64,000 nucleotides of DNA from Chiloscyllium plagiosum (taxonomy: Eukaryota): positions 24,764,901 to 24,828,900 of the forward strand of contig NC_057720.1 of assembly GCF_004010195.1 (NCBI RefSeq), given 5' to 3'. The position numbers were made by a program, and so were the translations under genes. The notes below the pieces were generated by a model. That model was not told the DNA's origin. It did not search any database and worked only from the letters and a program-made list of their open reading frames with translations. This document shows, piece after piece, positions 41,076 to 53,444 of the stretch (its first letter is position 1; the number at the start of each line of letters is the position of its first letter).

Positions 41076-42402
41076 TGAGTGTCTAACTGTTGATCCTCGT
41101 ATTTACAGCCACCGTGCTGACTCTGGAATCCCAGTCTCAACCATACTCACAAAGCTTTTAGAACTTTTAGTGTTTTATGTCTTTATTTGTTTTATATTTG
41201 TTTTCCACACTGGTGACCATTTAATTCCATGAATAGAATCACTAATATATTTCTTTCAAATGCCTTTTCTCTCATTCTGATCAGTACTTTTAATATTAAT
41301 GGTTAGTCTTTAATTTTACAATTATCTAAGAAATCTCAGGCTCATCATTTAGGATTATTTATAATGAAGGTGCATGTGTCTCTGAGTGAATACTTATATG
41401 CAAACAATGCCATATGCAAAGAATGCAAGGGAGAGGACAATACCAAACAATTTAATCCTAATTTATCTGGAATTCATATCCAACAATTCAATTGTAGACT
41501 ATATGCCCTCTACTGGGATATATTTGATCCCAGATGAGCTTCCAACTTCACATTCATACCATCATTAAGACACCAATTTTCACCCTGTAACATTAGCAAC
41601 CTCATTCTTCTGTCAGTTAATGTATTGCTAAAATCCTCATTATGCCTTGACTCTAGACTCAATTATTCCAATCTATCTCAGGTCAGTGCCTGAAATTCTA
41701 CCTCTATGGCTTCTCCCCACTTATTAATTTGCTACAGCCTTAAAACACACATAGATAACTCCGTTCCTGTAATTCTGGCCTCCTGTGTATCTACAGTTTT
41801 AATTGTTCCACCACTGATGGCGATGCCTTCCATTGCTTAGCCTCCAAGCTTTGCCATACCTCTTTGCCACTCTACTTCTGAAGGACAGTCATACCAGGCT
41901 CGAAATGTCAATTCTGTTTCTCCCTCCACAGATGTGGCTAGGCCTGCTGAGTTTCTCCAGCATTCTTTGTGTTTGTTTCTCTGGCTCTCTGCTTCATTTT
42001 CCTCTTTTAAGACAACTCTTAAAGCCTACCTTTTTGATTTTGATCATTTGAAGTGTTATCTCCTAATATATTTTGGTGTTCTATAACACTCCTGCGAAGT
42101 GCCTTTGGCACGTTTATATAAAAATAAGTCACCATTTTTTATTTCAATGCAATGTTATCTCTATTGAAACAGCTTATTTTAATTTTTTTGCCTCCTTATA
42201 ATAGATTTTTATTAAATCCAAGCCTAATCTATCCAAGTTCATGCAATTTACAAGGAGCCAATTTATAGTTAATTAACAGGCAAATCTCAAATTGACTTTC
42301 TCCCCTTTGATATTTCTTGCTGTAACTTAAATATTCAATAAGAAAATCGAATATTGTATACCAGCGTAAATGCTTATCGTTGCTTTTTTGAAACTTTCTT
42401 AG

Positions 42403-42502
42403 CTATGAATTCATGAGACAATGCTGGAGGGACCGGCCCTATGAGCGACCGACCTTTGCACAGATTTCAGTGCAACTGAACCGAATGCTTGAAGCAAGAA
42501 AG
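42403..42502 (+). CDS. tie1: Tie1 kinase exon ([33 protein letters not shown])
   Basis: cttag| and AAG|gtaatt; 100 bp. Confidence 0.96.
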
Positions 42503-43019
42503 GTAATTCAAAAGTATTTGGGATTGTTAGCCAAGTAGTGAGTAGTGCTCAGTCATGTAAATGACCCACGAACAGTTGGTTATTGATATAACAATGCTGC
42601 TAACCTGAAGGGCCTCTGTTGTGGGTTACACAACAGCTGTTGTGAAGCCCAAAATGCTTGCTGTGTGCAGATGCAAAGGAGTCATGGGTGGAAATTTCAA
42701 CTGAATAAATATATAGATTTTCCACAGAAATAGGTCAAGTTTTTTTTAATTTCTTTATATGTTCTGTTTTCCTCAAGTTTCTTTGTCATCTCTGCAGAGC
42801 TCTCTTTGCACAGAGATTGCAGCGCATGTAACTTCCCTGAGTAGCTGGCCAAAACCCTTGTAATCCCTCTGTGTAGCCACAATCACCGTGGCCCTGAAAT
42901 TGAACAGGAAGTGATGCTGCATTGTCCTCCAGGAAAGTGTCCAAGAGCTTTGTCCAACATTGAAGTGTATAGGGCCAACATGAGGATAGTTACCAAAGGG
43001 TGCTTCTTTTATGTCCACT

Positions 43020-43925
43020 TAGAGTCATAGAGTCATAGAGATGTACAGCATGGAAATAGACCCTTTGCTCCTTCCCATCCATGCCGACCAGATATCCCAA
43101 CTCAATCTAGTCTCACCTGCCAGCACCCGGCCCATGTCCCTCCAAACCATTCTTATTCATTTACTCATCTAAAAGCCACTTAAATGTTGCAATTGTACCA
43201 GCCTCCACCGCATCCTCTGGCAGCTCATTCCATCCACATACCATCCTGTGCGTGGAAAAGTTGCCCCTTAGGTCTCTTTTATATCTTTCCCCTCTCACCC
43301 TAAACTCATGCCCTCTAGTTCTGGACTCCCCAACCCCAGGGAAAAGACTTTGTCTATTTATCCTATCCATGCCCGTCATAATTTTGTAAACCTTTATAAG
43401 GTCACCCCTCAGCCACCGACGCTCCAGGGAAAACAGCCCCAGCCTGTTCAGCCTCTCCCTGTAGCTCAGATCCTCCAACCCTGGCAACATCCTTATACAT
43501 CTTTTCTGAACCTTTCAAGTTTCACAACATCTTTCCGATAGGAAAAAGACCAGAACTGCACACAATATTCCAACAGTGGCCTAACCAATGTCCTGTACAG
43601 CCGCAACATGACCTCCCAGCTCCTGTACTCAATACTCTGACCAATAAAGGAAAGCATACTAAACACCTTCTTCACTATCCTATCTACCTGCGACTCCACT
43701 TTCAAGGAGCTATGAACCTGCACTCCAAGGTCTCTTTGTTCAGCAACACTCCATAGGACCTTACCATTAAGTGTCTAAGTCCTGCTAAGATTTGCTTTCC
43801 CAAAATGCAACACCTCGCATTTAACTGAATTAAACTCCATCTGCCACTTCTCAGCCCACTGCCCTATCATGTCCAGATCCTGTTGTAATCTGAGGTAACC
43901 CTCTTTGCTGTCCACTACACCTGCT
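43020..43925 (-). mobile_element. 5'-truncated CR1 LINE
   Basis: ORFs 43161..43490, 43493..43723 and part of 43775..44107 (-); very similar to 9000-9722. Confidence 0.92.
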
Positions 43926-43989
43926 ACCCTGCACGCCAGAAAAATTGGGAAGCCACTCAGGTGTAAGAAGTTGTTGACAATACCCTCAT

Positions 43990-44150
43990 TTGTTGAAAAA
44001 TGTGGTGCTGGAAAAGCACAGCAGGCCAGGCAACATCCGAGGAGCAGGACAATCGATGTTTCGGGTATAAGCCCTTGAAGAAGGGCTGTGATTTTCCAGC
44101 ACCACATTTTTCAACTCTGGTCTCCAGCATCTGCAGTCCTCACTTTCTCT
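43990..44150. mobile_element. Short fold-back Penelope-derived element
   Basis: GTTGAAAAATGTGGTGCTGGAAAA ... TTTTCCAGCACCACATTTTTCAAC inverted arms; family tail CAGCATCTGCAGTCCTCACTTTCTC. Confidence 0.75.
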
Positions 44151-45584
44151 TCAACAATAACTTAATCCCAATATTTGGGCACAGCACTCATTGGCTCCAG
44201 AACAAAGAGAAGGTCCCATTCCACATATGTTGCAATGTCTCCACAGGTACAAAGGAAATCCAGGGGTCTCAGTGTGTGTCTTGGTGCCTGTCATGACACA
44301 TCAAATTGATGTTTGCAATCACTGAATCAGTATTTTGGAGACAGAGTTAGTCTAACATTGCCTCCTAGTCAAAAACTAGTGGAGTTGATCACTGGCATAA
44401 TCAATAATTCAGAGCATTAAATCGATGTCTCTTGATTTGGAAAGTGATGATTGTAATGGTTTGACTCTATGGTTTATTAGGTTATGAATATATCTTTAAT
44501 AGTGAAAGTGGGAGAGGTTAGAACAGTCGAACATGGAATCTGTTTGAATTCCGCCCAAACTACTGAGATGTATTTAACCCTGAATGGTCCTTTGCAAAAC
44601 AAAAATAACAATTTGAACCCTAGGTTCAAGTGATTGTGAATTTGCAGTAAAAGTAATTATTTCTTTGACCACATTTTTGTCATACACAAAGATATGATTG
44701 CTTGAGGGACAGGGAAATATTATATTTATGCACTAGTAAGTATTCCTGTTAATTCACAGTAGAAGAGGGGTTGTACTCTCTGGGCTGCAGCAATGGCTCC
44801 ATTAAATAAGAGAGAAAGCATCCAAAAGAATGCAAGGCATCCTTCTTTAGTCTGTAGGTTGATCCTAAGGGAAGCTGAGTTAACAACCAGGCAGGGATAT
44901 CCATACCAAAAAAAGTCCAAGGTTTCAACCCTGACATAGGCTAGCCTTGCTGATTTCACCTGGAGACTTGGTCGTGATACTTGTCTCAATGGCTGTCAGA
45001 TAAATTTGGGAATAGTAAGGCTAGCAAGAGGGTATATCTATGGATTAAAAGTGAAGACCGAATTCTGCCAGCACTGTCTTATTCAGCAATGTGTACCATC
45101 TACTGCAGAAATTTACCAATTCTTCTTTGGCAGCACCTTCCAAACTCTTGACCACTACCATCTAGGATGACATGGGCAGCAGATAGATGGGAACATCAGC
45201 TTCAAGATTCCTTCTTATTGCCTCACCATCGAGACTTGGAAATGTAGTGCCAATTCCATCATTGTAGCTGGGTTAAGAGCCTGCAGTTTCCTCCCTGACA
45301 GTGTTGTGGGTGTCCTGACCAAACAGTTTGCAGCAGTTCAAGAAGCCAGCTCACTATGATCTTCACAAGGATACACAGTGATGGGCAATATCTAGAGTCC
45401 CAGGCATCTCCACTTATGAAAAATAAATAAAACAAATGCGATCAAATCGTCTGTATCCATTTCTAATGGGCACTATATCATTGCCCGCATCATCCAGCCT
45501 AGTTAGATATCAGTACTTTGAGGGCGTAGGGAAAAATAAATATACCTGTAATAAGTATTTAAACTTGTTAATTTCTCTCCATAG

Positions 45585-45656
45585 GCTTACGTGAACACAG
45601 CTTTATTTGAAAACTTCACTTATGCTGGAATAGATGCTACAGCAGAAGAAGTGTGA
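45585..45656 (+). CDS. tie1: Tie1 last coding exon (AYVNTALFENFTYAGIDATAEEV*)
   Basis: catag| acceptor, TGA at 45654-45656; TIE1-type tail. Confidence 0.95.
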   Translation, partial: AYVNTALFENFTYAGIDATAEEV

Positions 45657-46609
45657 TATCCAGGCTACCCCTGGGCTCATGCAAATAGGAACACTACCTG
45701 AGGTCATGTGGGTTCATGCTAATGATGCTCACAGACTGCTCCACAGTCTACAATCCCTGTTCAAAGAGATTGCAAAAAGCCTGAAGTTGACTGCTTGCAC
45801 CATGAGCCAACAAGCTAAAGTAAAATATGAAAAGAAATGATTACTTCCACATTATAAAGATTGATGTGAGTTTAAGACCTCTCCCTAATCCCTGTGACAG
45901 AGTGGATGACTGTTCTAATCCAAATGATGGAATAGGGATCTTCAAACTATCTTGTGAGTTGTGAGATTGAGGTTGCCTGCCCAGCTTCACCTGAAAATCA
46001 GCTGTGGAAATGGCATCTTTACATCCGATAAATAAGACAGCATTACTCAATTCCAACTTAAGAACAAGACTCTCTGCAACGTGGCAGTTGGAACAAAAAA
46101 CTGAGTGAAATACAATACTAATGATGAAGTCAGTCATTTGAATGTGTGCAGTGGGGAGATGATGGTGTACTGGCAATATCACTGAACTAGTAATCCAAGG
46201 ACCCAGATTAACACTGTGGGGACATGGGTTCAAATCCCATCATGGCTGCTCGTGGGATTCAAATTCAATTTATAAAAGTCTAAAATGCAAAACTAGTTTC
46301 AGTAATGATACCATGAAGCTACCATTGATTGTTACAAAAAAGTATATCTGGTTCATTAAAGGCCTATAGGGAAGGAAATGTGTCATCATTACCCGGTGCA
46401 GCCTCTGTGTGATGCCAGACCCACAACAAGGTGGTTGACTCTTAACTGCCCTCTGAAATAGCCCAGCAACCAACACAGCTGAAGGGCAATTAGGGATGGG
46501 CAAGAAATGATGGCCTTGTCAGCAATGCACACCTGCCATGAAATAAAGAAAAAAATGAATGTTTTCAGTGTAGTTGGTGTTTTATAGTATGTACATACAC
46601 ACTCTAAAC

Positions 46610-46635
46610 AGTGTCTGTGTGTGTGTGTGTGTGTG
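46610..46635. repeat. (GT)n microsatellite
   Basis: Direct reading. Confidence 0.85.
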
Positions 46636-47689
46636 ATGGTAAGCAAACTTGCCAATGGTAACCTGGAGCACGAGGTTAACAAAATGCTGTACATCACTAA
46701 ATGTGCTAAGGTTTCTGTGAAGAATTTTCTATTTTTTTGAACCCCAAATAGTCGAGAAGTAATACGTTTGTCCAAATTACATTGGACTTTAGAAGGGTGT
46801 AATTGGTCCTCTTTACTGACCTATGGCTTCTCAAAGTTCAGCTTTGAAGTCAAATATATGCGTCTGAAGGTTAATTGAAAGATATTTCTTTTTCCGGATG
46901 TCCAATCAATGCATTTATACAATCAACTAAATTTTGATGGGTGAAGATTCTAAAAGACATATTTTAAGTGATCAGGAAATCCCTGAGGAAATCCATGCCA
47001 TTAGCATTTTATTATGATTGAAGTAGTGGCATTGCTTTTGCCTTTGGGACAAAATGCAATGATACAGCATGGTGAGACAGCTATATTCCAGAGGAAGGAA
47101 GACTGTTAAAATGAATATTCATTTCTCCACTTGACAGATTATTGTGAAAGCTTTTCAAATTTACCATTTTTTCATACTTTCTTGGTATTCTTAGAAAGTA
47201 ATGATTTTGGGATTATTACCCATTCTTAGTCAGTATTGGTGCTCATTAGCAACTATTCATTCTCCCAGGCTGACTGTTATCCACTGCTTTGACTGTTCAT
47301 CTTCAATAGATTATATATTGCCTGAGTATATCTTTCTACTTGGATGTATTCAACTCAATCTGCATTTTCTTGAAATATTAATGCATGCTAGAGTCACGAG
47401 TAGTCCTGACAATGTGAATTATTCTTACAGAATGATATTAGTAAAGTCTTCACTAATTTTAAATTGTATGTAAAATAATTCCAAAACTATTACTTCCTAA
47501 GTATACCAAGATGGTAGAAAAGAATGGAAACTGTGAAAAGTTTTCACAATAATCTGCCAAATGGAAAAATGAATATTCATTTTAACAGACATCATAGAAC
47601 ATAATTCTTTCACCATGCTACATCTTTACATTTTATTTACAAAAACGGAAGCAACGCCACTACGCTAATTTCCTGCCAACTCCACATAT

Positions 47690-47910
47690 CCGAGAGTGTG
47701 GTGCGAGAAAAGCACAGTAGGTCAGGCAGCATCCGAGGAGCAGGAGAATCGAATGTTTTGAGCATAAGACCTTCATCAAGAATCCCAAGGAAGGGCTTAT
47801 GCCTGAAATGTCAATCCTCCTGCTCCTCGGAAGATTCCTGAACACCTGTGCTTTTCCAGCACCACTCTCTTGACTCTGATCTCCAGCGATCTGCAATCAT
47901 CACTTTCTCT
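47690..47910. mobile_element. Short fold-back Penelope-derived element (mirror copy 58721-58941)
   Basis: Same family, diverged inverted arms. Confidence 0.75.
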
Positions 47911-47939
47911 AACTCTACAAATTGCTCGATTGCTTGAGA

Positions 47940-48560
47940 GACAACATGTCTACCAAATTCAGCTTTGGAGATATTCAACAGTGGAGCATTTGTAACCTTC
48001 TTGGGTAGACTATTCCAAAATATTATAACACTTTGAGCGATTAAATTTCCATCATCTCAGTTCCAGATAATTGACCCATGTTTGAGACTCTCCAGCCAGG
48101 GAACACAGTGTCTACTCTGTCTATCTCTTTCAAAGTCTTGTACTATGTAAGAACCCTTCTCATCTCCAAAATACATAGAACCAATTTGCTCATTACAACA
48201 CAATCCTCTCATCGCAGGAACCAATCTGGTGAACTTCACTGGGCTGTCTTCAATGTAAGTATATCCTCTCCTGTACATGGTGATGAAAACTGTGCATAGT
48301 ATTTTAGGTCTGTTTCACTAAATTTGTACAATTGCGACAAGGCTTCTTTATTCTTGTACTCATTGCAGTAAGGGCCAATATTTACCTTCCTAATTTCTTG
48401 TTGTAGTTGCATATTAACTTTCTGTGTTCCCTGTACGAAATCCCTCTGAATGCTTGCATTTACAAGATTTGTGTCTTTGTAAAAAACTTCTGTATCACTA
48501 TTGTGAGCAAATAACTTCACGTTACACCCCATCTGCCACTTTCTTGCCCATTGACCTAAC
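47940..48560 (-). mobile_element. Old CR1-like LINE fragment (mirror copy about 58070-58690, +)
   Basis: Residual LYK...LKYYAQFSSP and KFTRLVPAMRGL motifs. Confidence 0.6.
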
Positions 48561-48926
48561 CTATTTATTTACTGCTTTATGAACCACCCAACACCACGCA
48601 TTCCTACCCAACTACTTCCATCCCTTTAATGCAACAACAATAATATTTTCACAGAAAAACCTATTCTGACTACATTTTAAAGTATGCTTTTGTTAAATAC
48701 AAAAGAATGAATGTTTTGGCAACTAATTTAAGAAGCAAATACAACCTGATATGGCTTAAGCTATTTCTCCCAAATACACTGTTAAACACAAATAATAAAT
48801 ATAGCTATTTTCAGTGTTTTGGTTGGTTCTTTAGGGCTAAATGTTTTTAACTGGTGTTAAGTTGGCAGTTTCTTACCATTCTGTATGTGCGTTTACACAT
48901 TTAAAAAGGTTTGACATTGAGCTTAC

Positions 48927-49047
48927 CTTCCTGGAGAAAAGTCCAACTCTCCAAACCTGACACAGAGATGATATTCAAATATATGCACCCCACAAATAGA
49001 AGCCACAGTGCACAGCAACATTTACTTCTCTGCAACAGTAAAGGCAT
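48927..49047 (-). pseudogene. mpl: Inverted duplicate of putative mpl exon 1 (orphan: no exon 2 downstream on the minus strand)
   Basis: Reverse complement of 57584-57704, including ATG and donor site, in the left palindrome arm. Confidence 0.65.
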
Positions 49048-50899
49048 TCCTCTCCTTGCTCTTGCTGTTGGATTGACTCAGAATAGAAGGAGGTCGCAAG
49101 TTGAAGAGGGAACAGGCGCATCCTCAGGAAACCAACAAACCATGAAGCAGGTCTGCAGTACAGTGTGGGTCCACACCCTCGCTAAAACCACACCAAATCT
49201 GGATCAACTGAACCAACACTGATCCTCCAACAGCATAGCGCAACCAAAAAATCTAAGACTTCACTCTTTATCTGCCTGTGATAGCTTACTCCACTTGACT
49301 TTCCAATTAGAGTTCCTAGAAAAAAGGGGACCATACACCAGAGAATTAGAATTCTTGCAGCAGAGCAATGTGTATATACCAGAATCAATGTAGTGCTTTG
49401 TGCTCCCAATGCTAGCTGATTGACAACCTGAGCCTAATAGCTCATGTAACTGACATTTTTTGTAAAGAGAGTTCTGATGTGTAAATGAGGAAAAGGATGC
49501 TAAGGAAGGGAGCTACTTTTGAAACACAAGAGTAATTCTCCAGACTCACCCAGCACTAAAGAAGGGTGAGCTGGGGCTTAATTGAGCAGCAGGGAGAAAA
49601 TTCTGATGGTATATGAAACTTTTTTTCTTAACTTCTCAGAACTTTTCAGATGGGTTGGTTTGTTCTGACCTGTTTTGCATTCATTAGCACATCATGAATA
49701 TTCATTAACACCCCTGCCCACTGAACCTTTGTTCAGTAATATGTCATTAGCCAACTTTTAAGAGTTTAGGCTGAAGTCCGTCTGGATCAGGAGACTTGTC
49801 AGCCAGAAACTCCATCAGGTTGCTCAGTACCAATTCCCTTGTGATTGGAATATCGCTGTATTCCATTGTCTCTTCCTCCTTTTGATTTGTGTCAATGCAA
49901 AGTAAGTAGAGAACAAAAAAGGCCAACACGGTGTGTCTTGTATGGGCTACAACTCTCATTTTACGTAAAAATTTGGCCAAAGTATCCTTTCAGATTCAGC
50001 CTGTGTATGCTGGCTTTCCATTCCTCTGACTACCTCTTTCTCCCTCTTCCTCTATTTGTTCATGGTCACAGAATTTCTCTTCTTGCATTGGCAAGAACAA
50101 TCAGAACTTTGTTGTGGCTACAGAGCAAGAACTTACCTGATTGGTCTATGCTTGGAAGCACTGCTTTAAACTCATTATGCAATAATTTGGTTCAGGAAAA
50201 TATCTCATTCTTTCTTTTGGTTTGGGGGCTCAGCTTGGTGTCATTATTCAGATTAGCAAGAACTGACCTGCTCATGTAGTAACTGTTGGTCCATTCTTCC
50301 TGATTCATTTGACATGCTAAAATCTTGAGAACCCAGCCCTCTCCATCTGTACCTTGTTTTCCATCAGGCAAATTATTGCCCAGAATTTGCCAAAAGGATG
50401 ACCTCCCTCTGACTGTATATTGTATTAGTGGGGCTAGACAGATGGATTCTTTTGGTCATTTATATTGTGTATAAAATCCATAGCTTTTTGTGCCAAATAG
50501 CTCAAATATTCAGTTCAGTTGGTTAATTTTAGAAAAAACTGTAGTTAGATACAACTGGCATTTTGGCTTTAATGATGGAATTCTTCAAATAATGGCTTTG
50601 TTGGCAGTACTCACACATCAGAGTCAAACTACACAGACTCAGAAGGTGATTTAAATCCCAATGTAGAGACTCAGAGGTTTTAAGGTTAAATCTCACTATA
50701 GAGACTTGAATGCAAAAGGTCCACCCTGATACTACAATCCAGTACAAAGTTGTGGGAGTGTGAGGAGGTGGTCGAAGGTATCCCAGAGGGAACAGTCACT
50801 CTAGAAAGCTGACAAGGGAAGGGAGGAGAATATGTGCATGGTAGTAGCATCATGTTGGAGGCTGGTGGACTGGTAGGTGAGGACCAAGGGGACCTTATG

Positions 50900-51880
50900 A
50901 TGTGGCCCCATGGTGTCTTCCCAGGCAAATGCAGAAGGTGTGAAACCTGCCAGTTTATTCCCTCCCTTATCGCTATCCAACATCTCAGACACATCTTCCA
51001 GGTGAAACAGTGTTTTACCTGCACTTCTCTCAATCTAACTACTCTCTATCCAGTCAGTTATATTCACTGCTTATAATGTGGTCTCTAACCAGAGTGCAGA
51101 ACAGCCATGCTCTGACTGCAAAACTGACCCTGATCTTCTGGATGCCTGCCACTTCACACCACCCTGTCCCTGGCCAATACCTCTGTCTCAGGCTTGCTGC
51201 AGTGCTCCAACGAAGGTCAGTACAAGCTAGAAGAACAGCACCTCATTTTCCACTTGGGTACCCTGCAGCCTTCAGGACTCAATATTGAGTTCAATAATTT
51301 TAAGGCCTGAGCACCTTCTCCCATGTTCTTGTCCCTACCCCCACACACCAGGCCTTGTCATCCTGTGGGCTGGTATCACCACCATCACATTGTCAGCTAC
51401 TAATGGTCCCCATTAGCAACTATTGATTTTCCCAGGGAGACCTGTACTATTCATTTGTCTGTCCAACCGTTGTTCTCTTTCTGTGCGCTCCATCTCCACC
51501 TATAATTTACTCCTCCACTCCCCCCCAATGCTACCCCACCTTACCTTTAGCATATGCACTAAACATTTTCTAGCTGCAGGGCAAAAGTGAGGACTGCAGA
51601 TGCTGGAGATCAGAGTCTAGATTAGAATGGTGCGGGAAAAGCACAGCAGGTCAGGCAGCATCCGAGGAATAGGAAAATCGACGTTTCAGGCAAAAGCCCT
51701 TCATCAGGCTTTTACCCGAAACGTCGATTTTCCTGCTCCGTTTTCTAGCTGCAATCAGTTCTGAGGAATAGTTATTGGACCCAAAACATTAACTCTGATT
51801 TCTCTCCACAGATGCTGCCAGACCTGCTAAGTGTTTCCAGCAATTCCTGTTTTTGTTTTTGATTTCCACCATCTACAGTT
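50900..51880 (+). mobile_element. Degenerate Penelope-like element (mirror about 54750-55730, -) containing a nested fold-back insertion 51579-51740
   Basis: CRRCETC...FQVKQCFTCTSLNL resembles the element at 36005; insertion flanked by TTTTCTAGCTGCA at 51566-51578 and 51741-51753. Confidence 0.75.
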
Positions 51881-52029
51881 ACTTGCTATTTTTTGTTCGT
51901 GACATTCATTTAAATGCTGGCTACAAAGTAAAACAACATATTGCTGAAATAGTTTCAAATTAAACTTGATAAGGTGATTTGAATAATATAAACTTGGTAA
52001 ATTATTGAGAAAACAATGTCTAATTCATT

Positions 52030-52347
52030 GAATCTATAGTGTGGAAGCCAGCCATTTGGCCCATCAAGCCCACACTGACCCTCTGAAGAGTATCCCACCC
52101 GACCCACTGCCCCTTACCCTATATTTCTCATGGCTAACCCACCCAGCCTGCATATCCCTGGACACTATCGACAATTTTGCATGGCCAATCCACTTAACCC
52201 GCACATCTTTGGACTGTGTGAGGAAACCCTCACAGACACAGGGAGAATGTGCAAACTCCACACAGACAGTCACCCAAGGGTGGAATCAGATCCAGGTCCC
52301 TGGCACTGTGAGGTAGCAATGCTAACCACTGAGCCACTCTGCTGCCC
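52030..52347 (-). mobile_element. HE1/V-SINE-like SINE (mirror copy 54284-54601, +)
   Basis: Family motifs. Confidence 0.85.
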
Positions 52348-53186
52348 TGTAATTGATAATACTGGTTTTAAAAATAGAAAAAAAAATCTGTAATAGTTTT
52401 ATATTGCTAGGATTTCAAATAAATCAGTTGATTTTATTTTGAATTGTAATAGGTAAATTTGGTTCATAAATAATTTTTCAGTGAGAATAATTGAGGCATT
52501 TTTTCAATGAGCAAGAGATGTTCGTTGCTCATAACGGTGCCACAACTGGAACTTTAAGTCAAATTAAAATAATATCACAAAGTGTTATTTATACATCCTC
52601 AGTATCGACCATTGAGCCAAGAAAAGAACATTTAATGGAAGTGATCCTTTTGATTTGTACTACAGTTTTTTTGTACTGAAATATTCTGGGGTTTAGAAAT
52701 GAGGAAACAACAAGAGAGACTGAAAGTAGAAAAGTCAGTTTGAGAAATAGAGACAGACAAGTTTATACTGAAGAAAAGGCACTTTGTGATCACAATTTTT
52801 TATGCGCTTGCAAATTAACCCATTTATTTCCTCAAGGAAGGAAGATTGTGAGGAGCAATGGAATGGCACAAGGCCTGGATGGGGCAACTAGGAGAGAAGG
52901 GCCAGCAGTTATTGTCCATCCTTGATTCCCTTGAGAAGGTGGTGGTGAATTGTCTTCATCATTGCCTTCAATGTGTAGTCTACATCCACCCAAATTGCTG
53001 TTAGGCAAGGGGTTCCAGGATTACGACCCAGTGACATGAAGGAACAGCGATATAGTTCCAGTCAGGATGGTGTGTGACTTGGAGGGAACCTTAAGTACCA
53101 GTCCTTCTAGCTAGTGGAGGTTGCAGATTTGGAAACTGCTGTTTAAGGAGCCTTTGGTGAATAGTTATAGTGCATCTTTTAGATAT

Positions 53187-53444
53187 GGAGAAAGTGAGAA
53201 CTGCAGATGCTGGAGACCAGAGATGAAAAGTTTGGTGCTGGAAAAGCGCAGCAGGCCAGGCAGCATCCGAGGAGCAGGAGAATTGATGTTTCAGGCATAA
53301 ACCCTTCTTCTTTGATTCCTAAAGAAGGACTTATGCCCAAAACATCGATTCTCCTGCTCCTCGAATGCTGCCTGGCCTGCTGCGCTTTTCCAGCACCACA
53401 CTTTTCATCTCTGGTCTCCAGCATCTGCAGTTCTCACTTTCTCC
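53187..53444. mobile_element. Complete fold-back Penelope-derived element at the palindrome axis
   Basis: GGAGAAAGTGAGAACTGCAGATGCTGG ... CCAGCATCTGCAGTTCTCACTTTCTCC; same family as 34433, 43990, 47690, 51579. Confidence 0.85.

Noticed and set aside
42697..43018. Minus-strand ORFs in a tie1 intron
   Set aside because: No recognisable motif or splice context; a gene call cannot be supported.
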